Shown: piece by piece, positions 12,434 through 33,309 of the stretch
Layout of the letters: every line of letters begins with the position of its first letter
Position numbering within the stretch: position 1 is the first letter of the stretch
From: Yuukianura sp. NJ FZ-2021
Taxonomy: Eukaryota
Assembly: GCA_046563655.1 (NCBI GenBank)
Contig: CM102287.1
Location: forward strand, 9,672,001-9,736,000
Length of the DNA stretch: 64,000 nt
Reading direction: 5' to 3'
The notes under the pieces: generated by a model
What the model was told of the DNA's origin: nothing
Databases searched by the model: none
Seen by the model: only the letters and a program-made list of their open reading frames with translations
Translations under genes and position numbers: made by a program

Positions 12434-13055
12434 TTAGCCAAACGTCGGAATGACTTCTTCAGTAAAAAATGGAGTTGGAGTGTCATAGTATTCATAAAAA
12501 ACTTCGTCTTGAGGACAAGAGCAGAAGCACTGCGCATTGGCAGAGCAGAGACTGTCACATCCTGTGGGACAATTGTTGACACATGACCAGGGGTGACATC
12601 CGTATCCAGGAGATCCACCAAGGACAGGTCGTGGACGAGATCCGTCCATAAAAGGACGAGATCCGTCCACGAATGGACGAGGTCTCGTCAGTGGACGGAA
12701 TGGACGTTGCCGTCTTTTCATTGGTCCAGCATGAACCAAAGTCATTGGTTTTTCCAGAACAACCGGTCCGTCCAAAATCGTTTCCTCCAAAGCTCCGCCC
12801 AGAAGTGCTTTGCCCATACGGTTTCGCGGAGTCTTGAATTTTTTAAATTCTAAAATTTCAAAAAATGAAAATTTAAAAAAAAAAATTGAAAACTGAAATT
12901 GAAATTTTGAAAACTTTACCAACTGGGGATGTAATGACTTCGTTATTGCTTATTTCTGGGTTGTTTAGAGTTGACCTCGCCGCTGACAGGTCAATGAGCA
13001 GCAGAATCCAGATCAGGGCCGTAACGCTTCCGACATTTGATCGCAGTGGCGTCAT
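12434..13055 (-). CDS. Secreted precursor with a Pro/Arg-rich segment and an 8-Cys defensin-like domain
   Basis: Exons 13055-12920 and 12849-12434; signal ..VTALIWILLLIDLSAA; KRR site; RPF repeats; CHPWSCVNNCPTGCDSLCSANAQCFCSC; acidic tail. Confidence 0.75.
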
Positions 13056-13104
13056 TTTCAAAATTTGGAACTTCTGAAGTGAAGTTAGAAGTGTCTGGGG
13101 AGCC

Positions 13105-13112
13105 CTTTATAA
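13105..13112 (-). promoter_or_regulatory. TATA box of the defensin-like gene
   Basis: TTTATAAA about 50 bp upstream of the ATG at 13055. Confidence 0.5.
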
Positions 13113-13720
13113 AGAAAGATGAAGTACCCTCTCGAGTTTCATGTGCTGTGTTTAAGGGCTCTTCCGAAAAATAGCAACTTAACGGCTTACTATTACTCTA
13201 ACGGTTCACACTTACAGATTCCGTTGAGAAGTTCAATCACCTGACCTACTTTCAGTTTTCTAAAAACAGAATTTAAAAAAAGTGTTTTGAAAAGTGTGAA
13301 AACAAAGATTTCAAAAAATTAGTTAAAAATTTTTGAAAATTTTGAAACATTTTACCACCGTTCGTCCTAACTTCAAAGTTCAGGGGAATTTTAGATCTAT
13401 TTTTTTCATAAAATAAGTCCATCGGCGGTTAAACTTCTCAAAATCAAAACGTAAAATTTTATTACGAACTTCAAAATTTCACGTTGAAGTGAGCAAAAAA
13501 AGTTACACTGCTTGTTTTAAAAAGTTTTTGGAGCAGGTTTTTTAAAAAGGTTGTTCTAAAAAGCTATTTGTCTTTCCAACTTTTTAGTTATGCTGAACAA
13601 TTTTCGCTAATTTCGAACATGTTTCCTGAGGTTTCAAAAAAACATTGATTTTTTTTATTGGATGATTTGAGAAGCGTTAAATTTCTAAGTAGAGGTCAAA
13701 GGTCAAAGTTCAAAGGTCAT

Positions 13721-16700
13721 TCAAAAGTCGCAAATGAAATTGGCCAAATCCAGTTCCTCGAAATCTGCTTTTCGTACTTCTGCAATCAACTTGTTATTGA
13801 ATCTCCCGGAAGAGACGAGTCGAACGGAAGTAACTCCACAGAAAATCCGAGTGTAGGGACCTAATTCAAAATTTTGTAAAAATTTCAATTTTTTTTTCAA
13901 AATTTGAAAAGTAAAGTTGAAGTTGAAGTATTACCAGGCTGTGGGTCATGTCCACAAAGTTGTTGGACAACATTCATTTGCGAAGTGTCAAGTCCAGCTG
14001 AGCCTCCAATCTCCACGTAGTCACTCATTCCTCTCTTTGCACACTGTAAAACCAAACAAAATGAAAAAATGAGCCTTTTCTAAAAAGTTTTTCAAAAAAG
14101 TTTTCAAACTTTGAGTTTCACGGGATAGTTTTTAGACAGACAGACTTTTACGGACAATTAAGGTGAAAGTAAAATGAGGAGGAAAATGGAGCAAAGAATT
14201 ATAGACAATGTTCGCGTTTTAGAAAAATTTCGAAAAGACCGGACTTTAAAACGTCTTCTTTTTTTGAAAAACTTTGTTCAAAATTTTGAGATTGACATTT
14301 TCCAAATTGGTTTCATTTTGAACATCTCCACTTTTGCATCAATTTCCGCCTCCTGTTGGATGTCCAAAATGTCAAATGTCAAATTTCATAAAATTTTGAC
14401 ATCCGAAGTCACCTACAATAATCTACGACATTCCTTCGAAAAAGTGAAAGCGCGGGAGAAATTTTTTCATAAAAAAAAGTATCGCGGTTGTCACTTTTTA
14501 TCATTTTCTGTTTTAGTTTAATTGGATTTTCAGTGCACGCAAAAAAATTACAGCGCAGCGGTGCTAGTAAATGTCGCTACGAAAGTTTCATGTTTGACAA
14601 TGACTCTTGGTCAGAACGGTCACTTTTAGAGTCATGACTCTTGACTCGTGAGTCATGAGTCAAATAGACTCATGTACTCATTTTAAGCGTGTATTAAGTG
14701 GTTTTAGGTTCATGACCTGCGTTCCTGTCTCTGATTGGTCAATTTCCGATGACTCTTCTCCAATGAGGTTCCTCGTTTGTACTCTCCCACGGTTCTTGGC
14801 CTGCTTCTGCACAAAAGTTTTTCAAAAAAAACTTTTTCCAAAATCCTTTTGATTAAAAATTTTTTAATTTGACAAATTCAGTGAAAAAAGTATGCGAAAA
14901 ATTAAAATTGGCGAAAAGTGAAAGTTTTTTAGAAAAAAGTAAAAAGTTTTTGAGGAAATTGCAATTAAAAAGCGCCAGCTCGTGTGGTTCTCGTTTTCAT
15001 TTTAATTAATAACAAAGCACGAATTCCATCCTTGTGTGTTCAGGATGTCATTTCCTTAGTTTTGAAAATAAGTTGCTGCGGGAGGTCACGAAAAGCAAAA
15101 TTTCAATTTTTTTTTCAAAAAAGTTGTTTCAAAAAACATTTTTTGAAAAAATGCTACTAACCTTGTGTAGAGTTCCGGTGTGACCTCTGACCTCAACTCC
15201 CGTGCTGAGGAACAAAAGTCGAATTTTGGCATGAAACAGGGCCGTCACGGAGCAGTTGACTTCTTGTCCATGATTCTCTAGAGTGTAAATGGCTTCCACA
15301 TTTTCAACCAAAATGTTACAGGCTGCAAAAAAGTCGAAAACAAAAATGTCGAAACTAAACTTTCGAAAAAGTGGTACTCCATATTCTTACGTCTTGGATT
15401 GATGAGATGCTGAACACGTACTGAAAATCCTTGTCCATAAGCAGGGATTCTATATTGAACCAGTGCAGCGTTCTGTCTAAAAAATGTACAAACCCGATTT
15501 TTTCAAAATTCTGCTCCATTTGACTCAAATCGAAAGTCATTTTTTAAAAGCTTTTCTAAAACGTTTTTTCTAACTTTTTAAAAAAGTGCTTATGTCAGAG
15601 CATAACTTACGAAGACACAAAGCTTCTTCGACTTCGTTCTTCCCGTCCACAGAATTCGTTGAATCTTGAGCCAACGTCTTTTTCATGGTCTCCCACGCTT
15701 GGAAAAAGCTCCCCATTCATCTCCCATCCATCCACGACCTTTCCAAAATTTCAGGTTTCAAAATTTTGAAAAAAAAAAATTGAAACAAATTGTCTCGTAA
15801 CAAATATCATGTGTTAACTCAAGCTTTAAAAAGTATGCGGGAGGTCAACACGTTACTTTCTCCTTTTGTTCAATTTTTGATTGAATTTGGAAACTATTTT
15901 TAGAATTTTGTCTTCTTTTGTTCAATTCTTGAAAATTCTTGAATTTTTTAAAAACTATTTTTAGAACAGTGTCTCCCGAGACGTTCATTTTGTCTCATCG
16001 TGCATAGCTTTCCGTCTTCAAGTGTCCTGTTTTTTTTAAGCTAAAAAGTCTCATGAATAGAAAGAGAAAGCAAACTCGTTTCAAAATTCAACTTCATTCA
16101 AAAATCCTGTTCAGGATTTTCCAGTTGAAATGGGCCGCTTTTCAAATTTGAAAAAGAGCGGGCATCCGCCCTCTTAAAATTGAATACAAAATGTGGACCC
16201 TCTGGCTCCAGGGACAAAGTTGTTCAAAATTAAAAAGAGTTTGGCGTTTTTTAAAAAATGGATTTCAGAACAGGATGTCATTCATTCCGTCTTCACTGCG
16301 AGCACGGAGCATTAATAGAGAAAGATGAAAGTCAAAAGTGTGTGGGTTCAAAAACGGATTTGAATTTTAATTTTTTCATTTTAAACTTTTTAAAAAAGAT
16401 TGAAATTTTTAAAATGTTGGTTCATGTGCTTACACTTATGAGTCCTTCCTGTTGACAGTTGACATTGAGGTATTCGATTGTAACGCGAATGAATTTGTTG
16501 GGGTCAGCAAGGAGAAAGAGACCACAAGTAGTAGGTGATCCTTTAGATTTGTAGTGAAACACGCCTTCTTCACTTGACACTGTCACGCAGTCTGTCAAAA
16601 TTTTGAAAATCAAAAAAATAATATTTTTTTGAAACTTTTTTTTTGAAATTTTATAGTGACTCACCAGTGACCAAATGGAAAGCCCGCTGCTCCTCTGCTC

Positions 16701-19700
16701 TGATTACCTCACCGCTGGAGATCTGCAAAAAAAAAAAGAAAAAAATAGAAAAAAAAGTTGGAGAAAGCGGGGAGTCTTCAAATTTTCAAAATGTTGTAAA
16801 AAGATTGATATTTTTGTATTTTCTCTTTCAAATTTTCCAAAAAATGAGAAAAATCCATCAATTGGATTATGTTTACGTGTAACTTTAAGAAATTCATCGT
16901 TTCATTATGAAAATGGATTCCTCGAAATCTACTTTAACTCAAAAGTGTTTTCTTCGTTTTTCAGCTTTCTACAAAATTAGTCCGATTCTCAAAATTCACA
17001 GGTTAAGCGTAGGTTTTAAGTTATGTAGAGCTTTCAATGACAAAAAGTAGAAGCCCGCGCTATTGATTGGAGTTTTACGGTACTCACTTGACGCTTGATT
17101 GATCATTTGATTGTTTCCTCCTTCCTTTCACAGAATTACAATTTTGTATAGTCAAGTATACTACGTCTAAATGCTGTTTTTATTATTTAAAAGACGCTCC
17201 TATTGGACAATGCAAACAATCCTAGGAAGTAATTGGACAGAAAACAAATCGACAATAATCAAGTAGAAAATGAAGAAGAGAAAGCACTTGAAGGAAACAA
17301 TTGGCACGGAACACTTCTGGACGGAGTTTTTTAAACCGCAAGTGTCATGCTCATCAGTGTTATAGACGAAAGTGGACGGTTAGAGAACTTTCGACTATGA
17401 CTTTTGACTAAGGACGGTTCTAAGTCCGTCCAGATTCATAAAGTGCACAAAATTCCGTCCAAAACAGTCCTATTTCTATCAATTGAAAACAGAAAAGTTT
17501 CTTTTTCGCTTTTATTTCCGTTCCTAGCTTTTCCGCTACTCATCTGCACGCAAGCAGAGAAACAAAAAGGAAATTTAAAATTCCCGCATTTCCGTTCTTC
17601 TGCTTGTTCAAAAAAGAAAATGGCGGGATTCTAGAAGACGTCATTGTCTCAGTAAATCACAATTAAGCTCTGGAGAGCGACGGAAAGAAGCCACTGGGGG
17701 ACAAACGAAGCGGAAGATTTGCAATTCCGAGATGGCGACATTTACAACCCTTAACCTTTGCAATGATGTCGCCATGTCGCCAGAGTGACAAAGGACTTCA
17801 TCACCATAAAACCGCAACTGAGAAATAACTTTTCGGAATTGGGTCAATTAGCTCTGTTCTTCCAAAATCGTAAAAATAGAAACATTAAAAGAGCTAACAC
17901 TTTCTCCCCTTTCACTTTTGGCGCCAAAAAAAATAGTTCAAAGTGCATGACAAACGTTTTTGGCCAAATTCCAAACCACACAAAAGCTTAAAGTCTCCCG
18001 CTGTTTCCGTTTTAAGTGGTTTGACACGAGGAAGTGAAACCAATCAGAATTTTAAGAAGAAAAAATCCGATTTTTTTTTGAACACTCGTGAGTTTTTCCA
18101 AACTTTTTCAGAATGAACAGTTTTCCATATCTACAATATAATGAAATTTTCGGTTCACTCGTAGATGTTTGTAAAATTTTGAATCGGTACAAATTTTGCA
18201 CAGATTCTTCATTTTATTTTGCATAAAAATTGCTCTGCTGATTGGTCCTTTCATATTGAGATTTTCGAAAAACATCCCCGTTTCTAACTTTTTCCTCGCG
18301 GAAGACAAAATTCGCGCAGCGGATTTCCGTTCACGAATTTCGTGGAACTTTTTCTTTAACGTGTCGGAAGTGTCGTGTTAATCAAAGCCAAACCACAAAG
18401 ACTTTGTTGTCTCCTACCAACCTACGATTACACAATAATCCTTTTGTAAAAGCCTATTTTAAGCCTATAAAATTTTATGTAATTCTGGTTTTGAAAAGTC
18501 GGCGTTAATTAATTTCCTGCCGCCGCCTTTCACTCGAAGTGTTCTGATTGGTTAGGTTAACATAACCTGATTGATGATTGACGACATGCATGACATTGTG
18601 CTCATTTTTGGAAATGTAAATGTAGGTTGAGGTCTTTGTGAAGAAAAGTACTGAATGCGTAAATCCCATCAGCTTCCCACGCCCTCAGATGACAATCATT
18701 CAGCACAAGGTCAGACAGTCCAAATTTCATACAAAACTGACAAGAAAAAGGTTTTTCTGTCTCCAACTTGGTTTTTTAGGAAACAGGCAATATTTTTTGG
18801 AAAAACGGGACAAAAGAGAAAGTCGTTTGACGCAACAAGTGAATTGGCCATTTTCCTTGGCCTGGACTCTCTCTTGACAAATTGCTTCTTTTGTTACAAG
18901 GAGGAATGAGAGTTTATTTAATATATTTTATTATATTATATTTATATATTATTTTATTGTGGTGAAGCGCACAGTGGGCGACAAGTAGAGAAATGACCGC
19001 AAGGAAAAATCGGGAAGAATCTATAGAAAAGGATTTATGACCTCCGTGGGTGAAATGATCAAATGTTGTTTGGCAAGCCAATGGCAGCTTGTGCGGAAAC
19101 AGATGGACCGATTGCAATTAAAAACTAACCTAATCTAAAATAAAACTAACCTAATCTAAAACAAACTAACCTAATCTAAAAAAAAATCACACAAGCCAAA
19201 CTTGGACGGAGTAAAGAGGACCGTTTCGAAAAAAAAAATTGAAGGGAAACGGGGCAATGTATTATTCTTTTTTCAGAAAACGAACCGTGAATGAAATTCC
19301 GAACAAGTTTGACTTGTAACGGGTGACAAATTTTGGGTGATTTTTTTTCGAGTGACAATACTATTCCATTTCCAATCGTCAATGTTATTTGTGTGATATT
19401 TTTAGAATTTGTATAGAAAGTGAAAATGTTGCAACTTTTTTTGATCTTTTGAGAAGACAAGATAGGACAAAGAAAAAAAAAGTCAATTGTGCCTTGGCAT
19501 TATAACTTTTTTTTGAACAAAAATGTGTAGGAGGAACACATTTTCACCATTTTCACTTCCTGGAAAGTTGAAAAAAAAAGTGCAAAAGCTTTTCGGATTT
19601 TTTGAGAAAAAAAAAGTGCAATATAGCTTTTGCGATTTTTTCGAAAAAAAAAAGTGCAACAGCGTTGCTGACTTCTTCGAAAGAAAATCTTACCTCATAA

Positions 19701-19933
19701 AGCACAATACATAAAATTGGAAATGGTTCAAAGATTCTGACGTAATGAATGTTTTTTTTTTAAATTTTTTGAAAAAGTGATTTTTTTTTAAAATGAAAAA
19801 AGTTGAAAAAGCTTACGTGTTGCGGAAGTGCCGAAGCAGCGGGAAGCCCTTCGCTGCCCCACCAAGCTCCACCGAACAAAAAGACAAAAGTAATGAAAAG
19901 AACAGTGTTGATTTTACTGGAGAAGTGTTGCAT
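13721..19933 (-). CDS. CRHBP: Corticotropin-releasing factor-binding protein (arthropod type)
   Basis: Signal exon at 19933-19817, then in-frame exons giving DCVTVSSEEGVFHYKS..CGLFLLADP, VVDGWEMNGELFP, SSQNAALVQYRIP..GFSV, CAKRGMSDYVEIGG, FCGVTSVRLVSSGRFNN. Confidence 0.92.
19121..19180. repeat. Three copies of a ~20-bp AAACTAACCTAATCTAAA unit
   Basis: Directly visible in CRF-BP intron 1. Confidence 0.85.
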
Positions 19934-22900
19934 GACGACTTGTTTTGACTTTTAAAATTTCAAAATTTTGAAACTTTGTGGGAAATTTGAAAACTGAAAG
20001 CAATGAACCTGTGGAACTGGAGGGTGAGAGCGTTGAAAACGGAATGAAACTTTCCCTGCTCCTTTCACTCACTTTTCACCAATCTTGAGTCCATTCTTTC
20101 TCCACTCTTCACTCCATCTCCAACCACCGACTAACAAAAACACAAAAAACTACATTTTCAAAAAAAGTTCAAAAAATTTCGAAATCAATGAACTTGTAAC
20201 TCAAACTATGAACACTTGTTATTACTTACTTATGTTTGTCAACAGGTTTTCCACCCACTTTCTCTCTGTGTTATAATGACGTTTTGTTGTTTTTCTTGAA
20301 TGTATTTTCGGTGTTTTTTGTGAGTGTTTTCGGTGTTTTTTGTAAGTGTTTTCTTTACTTGAGGTTTTAAAACTTGAGTGTTTTTTTTTCTTTTCTCCAT
20401 TGGGAGATAGTAAGATTTGTAATAAAACTGCGTTTAACACTGAAATCATCGCACGTGCTGCAGGGAAGGAATGAATGGGATCAGGAAAAAAGCAGAAAAA
20501 ACGAAAAAAGCAAAAAGTAAAAAAACGAAACAAGCAGAAAAGTACAAAAGCTCTTTTCGAAAATGGGTTAGAATTGCAAGGAGCTTACTGCATCGTCGTC
20601 ACGAAAAATGACAAAAGTAAAACCACACTGCAAACAATTCAAATAACAATTTCACTTCACTTGAGCAGGTAACCGGCTTTCTATAGACTAGAAACGATCA
20701 AACCTGTTTTTCAAAAGCAGACAGTGTGGGAGTGTTACTCGTTTTACAAAATTCAAACAGGCTTAAACCAAAACAGACACCAAAAATGTTGGAAATGAGC
20801 CACAACTTGGCTTTGATCATTTCCAAAAACTCCCACGAGCCAGCAACTTTTCTAAATTTCAATTGCAAATGATTTCATTAACTTCAAACAAACACGGTTT
20901 CATTAAGAGTGGAACAAAGTTCGACCAACCTTGCTCCAAAAAAGTTTTTGAAAACTCCATTTTCGCTACATTTTTAAAACAAGTTTTTTAAAACAAGTTT
21001 TTAAAACAGAAACTTATATAAACACCCACCCACGTATTTAAATCATCCTATTTTTGTCACAAGAGATTCTCAGAATTCAGACTTTACTCCTCTCAGTTTA
21101 TTTTTTCAGCTTGACTAGTTTTACCGTAAATTTTCCAATACTCGTCTACACAAAAATAAGCGCCCGGGAAAAAACTTTTTCATCGTTTTTCTCGTTTTTT
21201 TTTCTTTTCGTTTTTTTGGAAATTTTTTCGAAAGATTCCATCCAATTTGTGTTATTTTGGTTTAATAGGGAACTGGATCCTTTGATCTCGTTGCTCAACA
21301 CCTCTCGTAACTTGGTAATGGTGTGCTAATTACGGTTGATGCAAAAAGAAAGTTTGGTTTTCACCCACGAAGAATCCAGTTCAAGTGAAAGTTGTTTCCA
21401 GGAGACTTGGAATGTGGGATTTTAATTGGGCGAGAATGGATAGGACTTGGAATATATTTACATTATTTATATTATATTATTTGTATTAGTTAGTTGACTA
21501 ATCCACTGAACCAGAACTTCCACATGAACTTCTTGATCCATCACTGGCTTAGAGAGAGTTAGGAAAATGAATGGGATTAGCACCTTAACTCAGCATGGAG
21601 AAAGCAAATGAGCAGCATCTGATGTTACATTAGATTAGATTACTAGATGAGATCAAAATTGGAAAATCCAGTGGCTTAGCAAAACACTTTGAACTGCAGC
21701 GCAAACGCTGAATTTTGAATCAGCTTTATCCCAATTTTCAAATTGAGTGTGACGTTAAAACTGGTTAAGCCTGTGTTTGACGCATTACGGTAAGCCCTAA
21801 CACGTTTTTTTTAATGTTTTGGAAAAACTAAGCAAAACTAGCGAAATTTCAGACAGGCAACAAAAAAAAATCTCCTTTTTTTCAATTTAGAGTGAAAGTA
21901 GAGCTGGTTTTGTTGATAATTGTGTAGGGTTAAGAAGTTTTTAAATTCGGAATTTTTGATTCGGTGAAATGAGTGTCGCCGTTTTTGCTCTCAGGTTCGC
22001 ACCTATGTCTTGGAAGTAAGCTTAACCTAACGGAGTCGTTTGGGGGTGTTGATGGATTTATGTAATTTGAACAGAGCGTGGTGCTGGAAGTCAATGGAGA
22101 TGAATAGAGATTTTGGTATGAAAAAAGTAAAGAAGATTTTGGTGCTTTCTCCGGGCTCCGAAAGTTCCGGTTTTCACACCTTGGAAAAGGAAATTGCCAA
22201 AAAAATGAAAATAAAAACTTTGAGTGTGATCAAAAAAACTAATTTGGAATTTGCAAAAAAGGAGTTAGAAATTGCTTTCATTGAACTAAAAAAAATTCTT
22301 TGAATTTTAGGTGTTTATGGGCTTTAAACAAAAACTTAAACAAAACCTTTGTATGTACAAAATCCCCTTAATTTTGTGTAACTTTTTTTCTTTTAAACTT
22401 TTCAGCAGCAGAAATGTCGAGACTCATCTAGCGGAGAAAGTTCAAAAAATTTCAACCAAAAAGAAGAGCGTTAGACTTTCACTTTCAATTTTCAAAGTGA
22501 AAGCGCGAGATGGCGAAAAACTGTTCACAAGAAAACTTGTTCAGTTTGAACTCAACACTTTCCCGAATTTTGTGAACTGACGATAACTTTTTACATGGCA
22601 ATTTTGTTTTCTCCTAAAAATTTCATGAAACTGAAAATTTTGTGGAAGTTTTAGTATGAAATTGTTTTTTTTTTCTCTAAAATTTGATCGTTCTCAGTTT
22701 TTTCTTTTGAAATTGGGAATAAATTGTTTGGAAATTGGGCAACGCTGTGGCGTTATGCAACAAACGAGAAGATTATTAACTTTCTCCGTTCCGTTTCAAC
22801 ATTTCAACAAGGTTTTCCGTTTCCTATATTTTTTTACACTGAATTTTTTTTTTCTGTTCACTTCGGCACCAAATTGAATTGAGATTCCAATGTAAACAAC

Positions 22901-23522
22901 TTTTTCCAACTTTCTCCCGGGCCAATCATATTCTACAAAAACAGTTTCCGCACGTTCCATCGTCACTTGAAACAAAGTTTTATACTCTCCACAAGTACTT
23001 TTAACAAGCAAAACTTGTTTCGGCAGTCACTTGACCTTTGACCTCCAAAGTTTTTGTCTGCCATAAAGCACCACTTCCATCAGCTTTCAAAAGCACAAAA
23101 AAACTTTCCTTTTAAAACACATTTTTATGATCACAACTCAGCCTGAAATTCAAAAAAAGAAAAAAGAAAAAGATTGCTTGCGTCAAGGCGGTTCACAAAG
23201 ATATTTGAGGTGCATATGCTGTGAAATACGGAAGGAAAATAATAGATCCGATCTAGCCTCTTGTGTTTGTTGACATTGCTTCCCACCGTGGAATGATTGA
23301 ATGTGGGTCCGAGACGTCGGTGGGGCTTTAGTGGGGCAGACAGGTGAGAAGAATAGTGATGGTGGGACGCCTGCGTCGTGGCGGCAGCTTTTGTGTGCAA
23401 AAAGAAAATTGAGTCGGAGTTGCTTTCTTTGCTTTTCACAAGGTTTGTGCTATTCAGCGACCGCAGGGAGCAGGGCGAGGACGCCACAATCAAAGGCGCT
23501 TCCTTCTGGTAAATTTGAGCAC

Positions 23523-23778
23523 AAAAACACCGTGAAAACTCGAAACACCTTAGAAAACACCGTGAAAACTCGAAACACCTTAGAAAACACCGTGAAAACT
23601 CAAAACGCCACGAGACTAGGAAAAACCAAAGAAAACACCGTGAACACTGGAAAAATCAGAGAAAACACTGAAAACTCGGAAACACTGAAAAATTAAAAAC
23701 GTTGAACTTGGAAACACTGAAGAACTGAAAAAACACTGAAAACTCGGAAACACCGTGAAACGCAGAAACACCGTGGAA
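23523..23778 (+). repeat. Degenerating 30-bp minisatellite (AAAACACCGTGAAAACTCGAAACACCTTAG)
   Basis: Two perfect copies followed by decayed aaacac(c/t)g(t)gaa variants. Confidence 0.85.
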
Positions 23779-24789
23779 CCGCTTGTTGGATCTGCGTAGT
23801 ATTGCAGGTGAAAGCAGGTGAGGAATTAACTTAATTACCTCGTTTGCTACACTTTCTCTTTTCCTCCTTAACTTTTACAACCAAACGTTAGCCTAGTCTG
23901 AACTTCTTACAAGAAGGAAGTTAGGTCATGTTTTTTTGGAAAGCTAAGATTGCTTTCTCCTTGGTGAACCTTGTGTAATGGAAGTTTCCTTGCAAAGAGT
24001 GGAATTTCCCAAGTTCAGAAGACGTGAGAGAACTAAGGAGACAGCGGACATGAACAGGATTATTTACCAAAGAAATTCACTAAGGAAGCACACTTTCTTT
24101 ACTTTTTATGGTTAGGTTTTAGGCTAAAGTTAGGCTAACTTTAGGTTAGTCTGTCCCTTAAGTTCCTCTCTCCGCTTTCACTCGAATCAATTGACACAAT
24201 CCCTCAACGGAACAAGAAAAACGTGTGTGGAATTTCCTGGGGTCAAAACAGAAAACGTGGCAAGAAACAACAAAAAAGGCTGCTCAAAATTATCTTTTTT
24301 CATTCTTCTTGCACTAAAACTGACACGACTTTTGAAAATTTTGTAAAATTTTGAAAGAATTTAACTCCAATGACCAAGGGAAATAGAACACCAATAACCT
24401 TATTTTTCGAAAATTAAAGCTACACAAAAATTATAAGAAAAAATAAGTGGCAGTAAGTCCTCGCAAACTAAAAAAAATTAAGCCGGAAATTCATAAAACG
24501 TTTATGGCTGCTGGTTAAAATTTGAATTAGGTCAGTTTCGTTTTACACCAAAAATGTGCTGTTTTTTTTCTGAAATTTTGAAAAATTCAACTTGGAATTG
24601 TTTTTGTTTTTGAAATTCATGGGGATTTGTGTGACGTTGGCCCCCCAGCGTGAAAGTAGCGTGAAAAGTGTGTGATTGATTTCCCTTCTGCCATGCTTTC
24701 TCCGTCTCACTCTGAATTTTTCATGATTCAATTCCATGTCTTCTCCTACTTACTCAACCGTAAGTAATAAGGCTCTGTCTTCTCCTTTC

Positions 24790-24880
24790 TTAGGTTAGTA
24801 TTAGGTTAGTTAGGCTATAGCATTAGGTTGGTTAGGTTGTGGCATTAGGTTGGTTAGGTTGTGGCATTAGGTTGGTTAGA
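24790..24880 (+). repeat. TTAGG-containing repeat (22-bp unit GCATTAGGTTGGTTAGGTTGTG)
   Basis: Multiple interrupted TTAGG pentamers. Confidence 0.8.
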
Positions 24881-26290
24881 TTACTCCCCAACCTTACAAT
24901 CTCCCAAGATACTAGTATTAAGCAGCACTGTGCAAAACCTGTTCTGTTGACTTTTGAACTGACTGTAACTGTGGCCATTGCGGCTTAAATTCCCGCCGGT
25001 AATGAAAAGGAATTATTCAAAAGGCGCAGCCAAAAACCCATTTACTCCAACCCACAGAAGAGTCACTTAAGCCACTTAACGTTACTGTTAATCTAACTGC
25101 AACAATTTCAACCAATCACAATCAAGGAGAGTGGCCAAGGACCAATCACAACTCACCAAATTTATAAAACGAAGGTGTTACGCTCGAATTAAAAAGTTAA
25201 TTAACATGCTGGTTCGCTTGAATTAGAATTTTAGGTTGAATTAAAATGCACAGCACGATCTCGAACTTTCTCCATTTTCTGAAAATTCTGAAACTCTGAA
25301 ATTCTATTTTGAAAATTCCTATTGCTAATAGTATTAAAACATTCTTATTATAAAAATGTAAACTTAAACTAATTGGCCATTATTGGTGTTGCCTCATGTT
25401 GAGAATTTGAACAGATGAGGAAAGAGGGGATAAAAGTCTTGGGAAATCAAAATTGTGGGAGCTTTGATTAATTCAAATTAACTTTTCAAAAATTTAGATT
25501 TCTTGGAACAAGATTGCAAAAAAAAAATCTAATATCTTTCAGTTTTTTTTTTGTAGAGATTTAAATTTTGAGAACAAATTGTGTCCTTGCTTCTTGAATT
25601 CGTAAATGTTTTTTTCTTGATGTTTTAAGTTTGTTTGTCTTAAATTTAATTAAACTCCTATTCTTAGAATTATAAATTGGAAAGTTCAAGACATTCTAAA
25701 TTCGGATGAAAAACTAAAAACAAATCCAAATTGCAAAACTTTTAAAACTTTCTTTCTTCAACAACTTGCGATGGTTTGAAACACTTTGGTTGAAAACTTG
25801 GCGAGGATTTGGACGTTTTTGGAGCTGGAAAATTTCGAAAACTTTTTTTTTAAATGTTGTCGCAAACTGCTTAGCAACTTCCAATTACCGACAGCTTCGC
25901 CTCTACATAAATCACTTCAAATTGGACAAAGGGCCTGTTAACCTAACAAAGTAAATTCTATGTAAGAAACCATTAGTATAATGGTCATTTCCAGCTAGTG
26001 TCAATGACCTTGAAGTTGACCTTTGACCTCTAACGCCGACTTTGGAACCACACATGAACTGAAGACAGAATTGTTAGGCGTGGCAAAAAAAGAACTTTGA
26101 TTCTGAACAGTTTCTAATACAAGCGTTTGTAATTTTCTTTTAGAATCTGAAAGGTCAATGGCCTGGAAGTTGAGATTGACCTCGCCAAGAATCCGGTGCT
26201 ACTAAGGGCTCTGTTTTAAGGGCCCCCTTGTGCTAAGGGCTCTGTGCTAAGGGCCCCCTTGGACTAAGGGCCCCCTTGACTAAAAACACA

Positions 26291-33309
<7,019 letters not shown>

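Noticed and set aside
24790..24880. True telomere or chromosome-fusion site
   Set aside because: The TTAGG copies are few, interrupted and internal, and similar words occur near 19121, 24110 and 36960.
17000..26100. Many 60-130 aa ORFs in AT-rich intronic and intergenic DNA
   Set aside because: F/K/N/L-rich translations of A/T tracts, mostly with non-ATG starts and no recognisable motifs.
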